Shown in pieces: positions 37,141 to 49,099 of a DNA stretch of 64,000 nt. Location: positions 15,376,001-15,440,000 of the forward strand of contig JBNRSN020000017.1 in NCBI GenBank assembly GCA_051313645.2, given 5' to 3'. Origin of the DNA: Centroscyllium fabricii. Taxonomy: Eukaryota. The notes below the pieces were generated by a model. The model did no database searches and was not told where the DNA came from. It saw only the letters and a list, made by a program, of their open reading frames with translations. Within the stretch, counting starts at the first letter, position 1; each line of letters begins with the position of its first letter. The position numbers and the translations under genes are program-made.

Positions 37141-39097
37141 GGCACTTAGCCAAAAATAACGTGGGAAATGCAGACACTTTAGCGGGCGGCCCCAAAACCC
37201 GCCACGCCCGAAACCCGCCAATTCCCCGCACTTCCGGCAAAATCCCCCCCACAGAGTGGGCAAAAACTGGGCAGATGGAGTATAATGTGGGAAAATGTGA
37301 GGAAGAATAGAAGATGAGGAGGAATTTCTTCTCTCAAATGATTGTGAATCTTTGGAGTCCTCTTCCCCAGAGAGCCGAGGAGCCTGAGTCAGTGAATATA
37401 TTCAAGGCTGAGATAGACAGATATGTGAGCTACAGGGGAGTCGAGGGCGGTTTTTCGCCTCTCCCAGGAGATCACACGGTTGGCCAAAGCACCTACTGCC
37501 TGTCCACCTTTGTCCAGCTCCATTGATCTACCCTTTCTTTGGTCCATTCTTTTCTTTTCGGTTAAAGCTCTAAAATCTCTAGCAGATCCGAAAATTGCAG
37601 CTGGATTGCCCACAGTTTTCCTGTATGCGTTTTCATCTAATAAAGCTCCTCACCATAGAATCATAGGCTGCGACTTTCTGCATGGAGGTGGCTTGGCATC
37701 AGGAAGGGTGGTCAGTGGGCTCTGGACTGCTGCCGGCCCCAGCCAACCTGCTGACACATTTTTTGGTTAATTGGGCTAGTTAAGCCCGCCGTGTGCGTTA
37801 CCCACCTTCATCACAAGGTGCGGGTCTGTTTAGTTGCTCTGCTGATGGGTTTGCAGCTGGATTATTTAAGGGGGCCATTTCACATTTACATCTGAAGTCG
37901 TTTCTGCTGCTCCTGACTGCTGCTGGTGCTCACTATGTCTGCAGAGACAGAAGGCAGCTTCCTGCCTAAATCGGCAGTGAAGTGGCCTCCTACCGCTACA
38001 AAAGTCCCAGGAGTGAAAACCAACATCCCACGAGGACAAACGACTGGGCACCAGCCATAGCTGCAGAGGACCAGGTACAGCGTAGAGCGCGATCTCCCCC
38101 TCCCCCATCGACCCGCGAAGGCACAGCAGCAGCCACGAGGCCGGGTGCACGAATCGCCCCGACCTCTTCCCGATGTGCGGGGCGACCCTCACGGGGCATC
38201 ACAGCGACCAAAACAGGGTAAGAAGATAAGGGGGGGTTGGAGGAAAAAGGGCGCGAAAATCGGCCAGATCGCGGCAGGAACCTGCAAAAACGGGAGGAAG
38301 GGAAAGAGGGGCTGAGGAAGTCGGTTTATTTTCCCTTACCCTGAAGTAGCATTGAAAAGGGCGCTGCAAGCATCGTGGAAGGTGGGCGCCATCTTAGGAA
38401 AGGAGAAAGGCAAACGCCATTTTGAAAGAAAGAAAAGCTTTGAAGAAAAGTTTTGAAAAGTTTTGGAAACTGAAAAAGAAAAGAAAGCAAGAAAAATGGC
38501 GACAGCACATATGCTGCGACCTTTTAGAGTACACCATGAAGCGTGGGAAGCTTACATGGAACGGTTTGAAATATACTGTTCGGTTAAAGAAGTAGCGGAA
38601 GAACAAAGAGTGTTAACGCTTTTAAATGCAATCGGGCCAGATACCTACGGTTTGGTCAGAACCCTATTAAACCCGTTGAAGCCAGCTGACGCTTCAATAA
38701 CTCAAATTGGACAGGCGCTGCAGGCGTACTTAAATCCAACGCCACCATTCATCGCTGAAAGGTTCAAATTTTTTAAACGGGATCAGACAAATGACGAATC
38801 ACTGGCCCGGTATTTAAAAGAACTGCGGAGGCTTGCCATTGTAGCGTAGTCGCTAACTCAATTAAAAGGCGACTCGTAAGTACCAAAATACAAGGCTTTT
38901 AATTGATAAAGAATGGAGCTAGTCTCCTTACAAGTTCACATACAAGAATGAAGGGGCTGGGTCTGGCCACACCTTATATCGGTGTCCCCACCTGGGGAGG
39001 AGTCGAGGGTGTGGCTGACCTGGCTCCCAGCAGTACAATGGCACTTATACAATGGTAGCCATATAAGGTAATGGTAACCATATAAGGGTTACCACAT

Positions 39098-42000
39098 TCA
39101 CCCCTTCTTAAAAACTTTGAGTCCGGGAGGGGGTGAATGTACGGAACAGTTCATAATCAGTCTCTCCGGCGGTCGCGTTTGTCTTGCGGACCGCCGGGGT
39201 TCCGGTGTTGGTGGTGATGTCTCCATAGTCGAATAGCCCGCCTCCGTTGGTGCTGTAAGTTCTGGACGTGGTGGGTTCTGCTGGACCTCGTCGTCTGGTG
39301 CATCGGCGGGGAAACTCGGGGCCCATCTTGTGTCTGGTGGTAGGTCGACCTGCTGGCCAGCAGGAGGCGCTGTGGCGGTGTTTCCGGCCGGGGCCAGGTC
39401 CCTGATGGACACGGTGTCCTCACGCCCGTCTGGGAACTGCACAAAGGCATAGTGCGGGTTGGCGTGTAGGAGCTGTACCTTGTCCACCAGGGGGTCCGTC
39501 TTGTGGCACCGAACGTGCCGCTTAAGGAAAACTGGCCCCTGAGTCGTCAGCCATGGTGGGAGTGCCGTCCCCGAAGTTGACTTCCTGTTGAAGGAAAAAA
39601 CAAGATCGTGCGGGGTGGCATTAGTAGCAGTACATAATAATGACCTGATAGAGTGCAGCGCGTCTGGGAGGACTGCCTGCCAATGGGACACTGAAAGGCC
39701 TCTGGACTTGAGAGCCAGGGTGACCGCCTTCCAAATGATCCCTTTCTACCTGGCCGTTCCCCCGGGGGTTATAACTGGTCGTCCTGCTCGTGGCAACCCC
39801 TTTCTGGAGCAGAAACTGGCGCAGTTCATCGCTCATGAACGATGACCCCCGGTCGCTATGGATGTAGATGGGGAGACCGAAGATGGCGAACAGGGTGGTG
39901 AAGTGTTTGATCACCGTTGCGCTCGTCATATCTGGGCAGGGGAAGGCGAAGGGGAAGCGGGAGAACTCATCCACTACCGTGAGGAAGTATGAGTTGCGGT
40001 CGGTGGAGGGGAGGGGGCCTTTGAAGTCCACGCTGAGACGTTCAAAGGGGCGGGTGGCCTTAATGAGGTGCGCCGTGTCTGGCCGGAAAAAGTGGGGTTT
40101 GCACTCGGCGCAGACAGGGCAATCTCAGGTCATCTCCTTGATCTCCGTGATGGAGTAGGGGAGGCTACGTGATTTGACGAAATGGGCTAATCTGGTGACA
40201 CCCGGGTGACAGAGGCGGTCGTGGAGATCCTTCAGCCGGTCTAGCTGGGCACTGGCGCACGTTCCCCTGGACAGTGCGTCCGGGGGTTCGTTGAGTTTGC
40301 CTGGTCGGTAAAGAATGTCGTACTCGTAAGTCGAGAGTTCGATCCGCCACCGCATGATCTTATCATTCTTGATTTTACCCCGTAGTTTATTATTAAACAT
40401 AAACGCCACCGACCGTTGGTCGGTGAGCAGGGTAAAACGCTTACCGGCCAGGTAATGACGCCAGTAGCGCACGGCCTCCACGATGGCCTGGGCCTCCTTT
40501 TCCACTGCAGAGTGGCGAGTCTCGGGTCCCTGTAAGGTGCGGGAGAAAAACGCTATGGGCCTGCCTGCCTGATTCAGGGTGGCAGCAAGAGCAAAGTCCA
40601 AAGCGTCACTCTCCACCTGGAAAGGGATGGATTCATCAACAGCGAGCATGGTCGCCTTGATGATATCTTCCTTTATCTTTTCGAATGCCTTTTGGGCTTC
40701 TATAGAGAGGGGGAAGAGTGCAGCCTTGAGGAGTGGTCTAGCCTTATCTGCGAACTGTGGGACCCATTGTGCATAGTAGGAGAAAAATCCTAGGCATCTC
40801 CTCAAGGCTTTGGGGTTGTGAGGTAAGGTCAGTTCTAGCAGGGGTCGCATACGCTGTGGGTCGGGGCCGAGGAGCCCGTTCTCCACCACGTATCCGAGGA
40901 TGGCGAGCCGGGTTGTATTAAAGACACACTTGTCTTTGTTATACGTAAGGTCCAGCTTAGCCGCCGTGGCGAGGAATTTGGCCAGATTGGCATCGTGGTC
41001 CTGCTGGTCGTAGCCGCAGATGGTCACATTGTCCAGGTAGGGGAAGGTGGCCTGCAAGTCATTCTGGTCAACCATATGGTCCATCTCCCGCTGGAACACG
41101 GACACTCCGTTGGTCGCGCCAAAGGGGACCCGGAGAAAGTGGTAGAGCCGACCGTTCGCCTCGAAGGCGGTGTAGGGGCGGTCGGCTTTCCGAATCGGGA
41201 GCTGATGATACGCCGACTTAAGGTCGATTGTGGAGAACACCTTGTACTGGGCGATCTGGTTGACCATTTCTGAGATGCGGGGAAGGGGGTAGGCGTCGAG
41301 CCCGGTGTAGCGGTTGATAGTCTGGCTATAGTCGATCACTAGCCGTTGTTTCTCACCAGACTTCACCACTACAACTTGGGCGCGCCAGGGGCTGGTGCTG
41401 GCTTCAATAATCCCCTCCTTCTGCATCCGCCCGGCCTCCGACCTGATAAACGTGCGATCCCCCTCACTGTACCGCTGACTCTTAGTGGCGATTGGTTTGC
41501 ACTTTGGGTCGAGGTTGGCGAACAGCGAGGGGGGGTCGATTTTCAGGGTGGAGAGGCCGCAGGCCGGGGTCCGCTTCGGGGGGAGATTGTCCCGGCTACT
41601 GAGGGTGAGGGGGGGTAAAGTCCCGCCGAACTCCATGGTCACGCTCTTGAAGTGGCACTGGAAATCCAAGCCTAGTAAGGCTGGGGCATACAACTTTTTG
41701 AGGGTATAGAATTTAAAATTGCGGTACACGCGTCCCTGGACGGTGAGCGTGACGGAGCAGTAACCGGTGACGTCCGCGGTGTGGGACTGTGAAGCTAGGG
41801 ACACTTGGTAGTTGGTGGGCAGGACCTGCAGCCCGAAACGCCGCACTGTATCAGGGTGAATGAAACTCTCAGTACTGCCCGTGTCGAGGAGGCAGTCGAC
41901 GGTATGGTTATTAATCCTAATACGTATTAATGAATTAGACAAGTGATGGGGCTTGCTTTGGCTGACTGTAGTTGTAGCAGCCCCTGCTGATGGGGACTGT

Positions 42001-43424
42001 GCACAAAATGGCGCCGCCCATGGTTCGCACATGGAGGGGCCCTGGATACAAAATGGTGCCGCCCTTGGCTCGCACATGGAGGGGCCCTGGGTACAAAATG
42101 GCGCCGCCCTTGACTCGCACATGGAGGGGCCCCGGGTACAAAATGGCGCCGCCCTTGGCTCGCACATGGAGGAGCCCTGGGCACAAGATGGCGTCTTCCG
42201 TGGTTCGCACATGGAGGGGCCTGGGTTGCGGGGTAGCGTTACTGTGGGGCCCTGATGCGTTGGCGGTGCCCGTGATTCGCACGCAGCGAACCGCGGTGAA
42301 CGCGCTGGTGGTGCCCGTGATTCGCATGCAGCGAACCGCGGTGAACGCGCTGGCGATGCCCGTGATTCGCACGCAGCGAACCGCGGTGAACGCGCTGGCG
42401 GCGCCCGTGATTCGCACGCAGCGAGCCGCGGTGAACGCGCTGGCGGCGCCCGTGATTCGCACGCAGCGAACCACGGTGGTCGGGTTGGCGGTGCCCGTGA
42501 TTCGCACGCAGCCGGCCGCGTTGTAAGCTCGCGTTTGGCCGGTTGCCGCTGCATCGAGGTGGGGGGAGGGGGCGCTTGCCGTCGCTGAATAGCACTGCAA
42601 ATGCAGCTTACCAGGTGATGGTTGCTCTCACAGACTGCACTGTTGTACCTTTTAGATGCTGTGGCTGGAGTGGCTCTGCAGGCTTTGGCGAAGTGTCCCT
42701 TCTTGGAGCATTTTTCGCAGGTCGCCGTCTTGGCTGGGCATTTTGCTCTGGGGTGCAATCCTTGGCCGCAGAAATAGCAGTGTTTGAGCTTAGTGTCCGT
42801 GGTGGCCGTCGCGGCCATCGTGGGGCTCTCAATCCGTGACGCCTGTTGTGGTGCGGCCCATATGTTGTAGACTTGATGGCTGGTACCACCGTACGTCTGC
42901 GATTTATTCCGGGCCCCCTCCACCGATTTGGCTAACGTGGTTGCCTCCTCAAGGGTCAGATTGTCCTTTTCCAGTAGCCTCTGACGGGCTACTGCACATC
43001 TTAGTCCTGAGACATAGACGTCCCGGAGGAGGATGTTTTCTTCCTGTGCCTTGGTCAATCCACCCTTGCAGCCACAGGCCCGTATCATGCCCCGGAGCGC
43101 TTGCTCAAACTGGTCGTTTGACTCACCGGGTAGTTGAGATCGGGTCGCTAGTAGGTGGCCGGCGTAGACAGAGTGGACCGGGCGCTCATAGTACTGTTTG
43201 AGGGTCGTCACCGTTTCCTCGTAGGTTGTAAGGTCCTCGACAAGGGTGAAAACCCTGCTGGAGACCCTGGATAGCAGGAGTTGGAGTTTGTCCTCGTCCG
43301 TGGTAGCCTTGGCTGCTGCCATATAGGCCTTTAGTAATCCAAACCAGTGCTTGAAGGTAGCTGGTGCCGCGTCATCCTGGGGGCTAATGTCCAGCTCCCT
43401 AGGTTTTAACGTGCTGCTCTCCAT
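39098..43424 (-). pseudogene. Single-ORF gag-pol of element A, with two frameshifts in integrase (~40125, ~39745)
   Basis: Two zinc knuckles (CYFC..H..C, CEKC..H..C), LDTGS protease, RT with YLDN, RNase H, integrase DFKG/SDRG. Confidence 0.92.
41995..42520 (-). repeat. Coding tandem repeats between Gag knuckles and protease (42-bp and 45-bp units)
   Basis: About six AACESRAPPARSPR-type units and five PSMCEPRAAPFC.QG-type units. Confidence 0.92.
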
Positions 43425-46400
43425 TTTAAGTTTATCAATTAAAATTGTAGCGTAGTCGCTAACTCAATTAAAAGGCGACTCGTAAGTACCGAAATACAAG
43501 GCTTTTAATTGATAAAGAATGGAGCTAGTCTCCTTACAAGTTCACATACAAGAATGAAGGGGCTGGGTCTGGCCACACCTTATATCGGTGTCCCCACCTG
43601 GGGAGGAGTCGAGGGTGTGGCAGACCTGGCTCCCAGCAGTACAATGGCACTTATACAATGGTAGCCATATAAGGTAATGGTAACCATATAAGGGTTACCA
43701 CAGCCATACATTGCAAATTTAATGACGAGCTTTCGAACTATATTAGAGACCGCTACGTCTGTGGTATGAAGGATGAAGCCACACAGAGGAAGTTATTAAC
43801 TAAAGAAACCTTGACTTTAGACCAGGCAGTACAGATAGCCACCGCGTATGAATCAGCAGCGGCGGGAGCGGCACAATTTAAAAACAAGGCCGCCACCTGC
43901 GAGACACACCGGGTGCTAGCAAACACTAGCAAATGCTATCGCTGCGGTAAACAAACCCACGACCAAGCCCAGTGCTGGTTTCGCGATAAAGACTGTAGGA
44001 ATTGCGGGAAGAAAGGCCATATTGCGGCGGTTTGCCGCTCTAAGAAGACCAGCAGACGCCCTGAAAGGTCTCCCAGAACGGGGACCTCTAAAAGATTAAA
44101 TAAACTGTCCGATGCCAGTTCAGATGAAGGACACATCGAGCAGGAAGAAACACTTGCAAGTCTGCAAGTCAACACCCTGGACAATATGACTGACCGAAAG
44201 GTCATGTGGATTGAATTAAGGGTGGCAACAGTGCCAATTAAAATGGAACTCGACACTGGGTCGGCACTCTCGGTTATAAATGAACATGATTATGTTAACC
44301 TTTTTAAATTTATTCCCCTACAGAAATCGTCCATAGTGATTAGAACTTACACAGGACAGACGTGCCAGACACTGGGGAAATTGGCCGTTAACGTAAGGTA
44401 CCGGGGTAAACAGGTGCGAGGTCTGTTCCTCTATGTTCTAAGGAATGGTGGGCCCCCATTGTTGGGCCGTGAGTGGATCAGGAGAATTCAGCTCGATTGG
44501 AGCACAGTTCACAAGTTACAAGTGGACAAAAGCTCACAACCTTCCAGGAACGTCAAGGAAAGACTCGCGGAGATTATCGGCCGAAGCCCCAGGGTTTTCC
44601 AGCAGGGCCTCGGCAAACTCGAAAACATTAAGGCCAGTGGGAGTAACAAAACTAACACACACACCAAAACGACTGCCATACCTCCAAGTGAACACATTAC
44701 CGAGTGGGACTCTGACACTGACTCTCAACTCATTATGGTAGAGGGGCCACCAGACCCAGCTCCGGCTGTACAACGATGCTACCCACAACGGGTACGGCGG
44801 CCCCCAGACAGACTAAATCTGTAATGTTCTAATTTCCTTGTGGCGGATATCGCCAGAAGCATTTACAGGCGTGCTATAAAAATGTTGATTGTTCTATACA
44901 ATTTTTTTATTTTTATTGTTGTTACTGTTGTTAATCATTATTATTATTGTTATTATTCTGTATAATAATTGTGTTGTCGTTTCCGACCATCAAATTAAGG
45001 GGGAGGAGTGTGGTGTATGCACACGACATCATAGGAGAGGGTCAGGTGACACTCACAACTCCCTTAGGTGCAATACCACGCTTGGCCACAGCTTGTACAA
45101 AAGAGGCAGCGTGGAGCGACCTAAGCCACTCCTGAGTTATCGACTGTGAATAAAGAGCTCTGTACCTGTATTGGAAGTCTGGTGTTTTACTTACTTACCT
45201 TACCCCGTTGTAAGGACGTAACAGTCAGTGCCCGGTCCATGGTAAGACACACCTGGGTCCAGTGCAGGAAAAGGTTCAATGATCTCCCGCGCACAGGAAA
45301 AGTGAGTATAAAAGCACATTGACCTGAATTCTGCTGAGCCTGTCGTCACTTCCGCATCACTCTGCATTGACAACCCTCCCCCTGCACATCCTAATTCAAC
45401 CCAGCACCACTTGCACCATCAACCATCCCTCTCTCCCTATGTACAGAATCACTTCCCCATCTAACTAGGCACCCTTCACACTCACCCTCAAGGTTATGCA
45501 ATGACAACATCTAGCAGCTCAAAAGGAGGGAACTTGGTAATGGGAACCCACTCCATCATAGTCTCCCTCTAAACATCTATCCTATCTATTCTATACACTC
45601 ATTCCATCACTCTCACTGAAACTCCACTTCTTTCCCTCACTGCAGGAAAAGAGGTCCCATAAGAGGGAGAGAACAGGAGGAGGGCCACCATCCGTGGCGC
45701 AGCTGACCAATGCTAAGGAGGCGGATCTCAAAATTGTGGGATTGGTGGAACAACTCGAAGTGGGGAACGGAGAGATGAGCTCAGTTGAACAACCTGGTGA
45801 CAGAATGCTTCTCCATGCATCTTATTCGGCTTTCATGAGTGACACCTATGGCATCTGATGTCAATAGAAATTGAATGCTCATCATGTGCACAATGGGATG
45901 TGTTTGCAATCTTTATATCACATGTCTAACTCCTGTCTTTACTCTCCCACAGGACCATCAGGAGCTCCCCTCCCTACTGTTTATGCTGCATCCTCTGAGG
46001 GAGCAGCGTCAGCAGCAATGAGCGCACCCAGCACCAGTGCACAGATGCACACCTCGCTGCGTCGTTTGTGACATAGAGTAGTGTTGTCACCCGGTGTATC
46101 ACAATGCATGAGTGAGAAAGAGCAGATGGTGGAGACAGGGACAGCAGTGGAGAGTCCTCGTCGGAGGTCGCAGGGCGCTCCCAGCTCTGCTCAGCTGCAT
46201 GTAGACGCTCAGCCTCGGGGGACATCCAGAAAGAGAGTGGTGCTGGAGTTTCAGGAACACGTGCAGGAGACTGTGATTGGGTTTGCAATCACGGTGACTG
46301 CGACTATGCAGAGAATGGGGGAGTCCATCTCAAACATGAGCAATGCCGTGGTGTGTGCAATGGCAACTGTAGGTGCCACCATGGAAATAATGGCAACCTC

Positions 46401-47565
46401 CATGGGGGACATAAATCGCCAGACTCAAACCAACATGGTGACTCTTCTAGATAGATGGTCATCTGTGGAGGATAGATGAGCATCTATCGAGGAGAGGAAC
46501 CAGAGGTCTATGGACATCCCTGTTATGAGGACTGTCAGTACAGGGACCGTTCTTCATGACCCCACTAATGTGCAGCAAGGGGCTCTCCAGCTACTTGCTA
46601 GCAGAGAAGTGTGGGTGGCCCATGAGAGGGATGATGGTGTGAGGTGACATGCAAGTAGGGGCTCTTCTACAAGTGCTCAAACTTCCAGCTCCTTGCCAAC
46701 CCGTCGATCAGAGCCCCAAATGAATACTCAAGCAGTGATGGCCGAGTCTGCCCCTGTGCAGCCGCAGGAGGAGCAGACTTTGGCGGGGCCTTCACAGGCA
46801 CCAAAACCCAGAGGACAACCACCAAAGGCATCTAAGCAGGCACAGCAGGAAGGTGAGCTGGCTGACTCTAAATCTGCTGAAGCCACAGGGGGAGCACAAC
46901 GTAGAAGCACGCGTAAGAGAAAGCTGCCACATAAATAAGCACAAGGGTTCTCACTTGGGTGTTCTGATGAATTCATTGTGAAGTTTCTGTTCTGATGTTA
47001 CAATAAATTAATGTTGCATGAATGTTTGACATCGTTGCCATGTGTGCTGACAATTTGAGGTGGCACAGTGAAGGGTAAGGGCGCCTTTTATGTCCAGCAA
47101 TGTAGGTGACAGTGGATATAGAGTTAACACCACATACCTGCAGCCTAAACACAGAATGTGTCTACCAAGTTGTTAAATCGTCAACCTCTTGACATTTGAA
47201 ATTGAGCAGATTTAAGAGTGCAGCTTTTAGACTGCAGTTGCTGCTGTGAAGTTTACAGCTCGTTGGTGTTTCCGACAAACTTAGCTGGCGTGTTCTCTGA
47301 ACGTCGTGAAACCCGACCTAAAACTTGGAAAATTGCAAAAGACTGTCAAAATAGCTCTAAGCAAGCACTTAACAAGGAGGCAAGTGCCTTAAACCCCTTA
47401 CCTGCCGCTCGGTGTCGGGTCTGTTGTAAGATCGCAGACCCGACAATCCGGAAACTCAGACGGAGGTGGGTTTGCAGCGGGTTTCCAACCCACCGTCAAT
47501 CATTGCGACTTTAACACCCGACCCGCCCCCAAACCCGCCCTCCAAATGCCGTCAAAATTGTGGCC

Positions 47566-48455
47566 ATAGAATCATAGAATGGTTACAGCACAGAAGGAGG
47601 CCATTCAGCCCTTTGAGCCCGTGCCGGCTCTTTGCAGGAGCACTTCAGCCAGTCCCACTCACCCGTCCTTTCCCCGTAGCCCTGCAAAGTTTTTTTCCTT
47701 CAGGTACTTATCCAGTTCCCTTTTGAAAGCCACGATCGAGTCTGCCTCCACCACCCTTTTAGGCAGCGCATTCAGATCCAAACCACTCGTTGTGTAAAAA
47801 GGTTTTTCCTCGTGTCGCCTTTGGTTCTTCTGCCAATCACCTTGAATCTGTGTCAAACAACAACAGAAAATGCTGGAAAAACTCAGCAGGCCAGACCACA
47901 TCTGTGGAATTTTGCTATTAAATCTGTGTCCTCTGGTTGTTGACCCTTCCGCCAGTGGGAACAGTTTCGCTATATACTCTGCCCTACGGATAAGGGGTAA
48001 GCCATTTAGGACTGAGATGAGGAGGAATTTCTTCACCCAGAGAATGGTGAACCTGTGGAATTCTCTACCACACAAGGCAGTTGAGGCCAATTCATTAAAT
48101 ATATTCAAGAAGGAGTTGGATATATTTCTTAAGGCTAAAGGGATCAAGGGATATGGGGAGAAGGCAGGGACAGGGTACTGAATTTGGATGATCAGCTATG
48201 ATCCCATTAAATGGCGGAACAGGCTCGAGGGTCGAATGGCCTACTCCCGCTCCTATCTTCTATGTTTCTATGTCCAGACCCCTCATGATTTTGATCACCT
48301 TTATCAAAACTCCTCTCAACCTTCTCTGCACTGAGGAGAACAACCCCAGCTTCTCCAGTCTATCCACGTAACTGAAGACCCTCATCCCTGGAATCATTCT
48401 CGTAACTCTTTTCAGCACCCTCTCTAAAGCCTTCATATCCTTCCTAAAGTGTATC
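47566..48455 (-). mobile_element. CR1 3' fragment with a nested plus-strand CR1 tail (~47980-48272)
   Basis: Resembles 19520-19830; the nested piece reads RIRGKPFRTEMRRNFFTQR plus tail. Confidence 0.75.
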
Positions 48456-48759
48456 CGTGCACTCGTGCATACTTGTAAAGTTATCCTAATATTTAATTGT
48501 CAATATTATGTGAAGTCATCTGGGGACACCCAGTGATTAAGCAGTCACCCATAATACAGCTTATTTTGACACTGCTACTTCCTTATAGTTACTCCAAGAG
48601 CACTACTAAATATGTACCATTTGTTCTCATCACAGAAAGATCAGAACACACGGAGAAGGAAGCTGGGCCAACACACCAAGAGGCCTGGTCCATTCCACCC
48701 AGAGGCTGTTCTATTATAGAGCATTGGAATAGTTGAGTCTGGAGGCAACAAAGGATTGG

Positions 48760-49050
48760 ATGATAATTTTGGCAGTGTTTGGGCTGAGGCAGCGGTAGAG
48801 ACCGATGATGTTACGGAGGTGGAAGTAGGCGGCCTTTCTGATGAAGAGGATCTGGGTTCGGGATGCGAGTTCCGAAGCTCATCTGTGGATTCAATCAGAC
48901 GCTGAGGCTGCACGCAGTCTGTTTCAACCTGAGACAGTGGTCAGTGAGGGGGATGAAATCAGTGGCAAGGGTACAGAGCTGTGGTGGAAGCTAAAGAGAT
49001 GGCTTCTGTCTTTCCAATGTTTAACTGCAGGATATTGCAGCTCATCCAAG
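48760..49050 (-). mobile_element. Old L2 fragment
   Basis: Reverse complement resembles the L2 at 745-1000. Confidence 0.6.
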
Positions 49051-49099
49051 GTATGTGGCTGCAAATGGGGACACAAATGTTGGTAGCTTTTAAAAGGCT

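Larger units (their letters stand above)
30850..37250. mobile_element. Harbinger DNA transposon (transposase and Myb/SANT gene, convergent), decayed, with three nested insertions
   Basis: Both genes present; ends gggggggaattt / aaaatccccccc give a weak TIR; no clear TSD, so boundaries are approximate. Confidence 0.85.
38840..43702 (-). mobile_element. Full-length Gypsy LTR retrotransposon (element A)
   Basis: 257-bp LTRs at 38840-39096 and 43446-43702 (two mismatches seen); GCCAT TSD; purine tract aagaaggggtgaa. Confidence 0.96.
37983..45223 (+). mobile_element. Mag-like Gypsy element: 5' LTR missing, RT/RNase H/integrase deleted, gag split by another Gypsy
   Basis: Gag WEAYMERFE..FIAERFKFFKRDQ..ELRRLAI (38496-38839) resumes HCKF..RDRYVCG at 43708; two CCHC knuckles; LDTGS protease; purine tract aagggggaggag then LTR 45009-45223 (TG..CA, AATAAA). 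Confidence 0.85.
37666..47565 (+). mobile_element. Non-autonomous Harbinger derivative carrying only a decayed Myb/SANT gene; hosts nested Gypsy elements
   Basis: TWVQCRKRFNDL at 45250-45290; exons ~45646-45796 and ~45953-46938 resemble those at 34453-36103; ATA on both flanks inside a catagaat CR1 tail; TIRs weak. Confidence 0.65.

Noticed and set aside
41995-42520. Regular repeats superficially like a CRISPR array
   Set aside because: Tandem coding units with no unique spacers, in a eukaryotic retrotransposon
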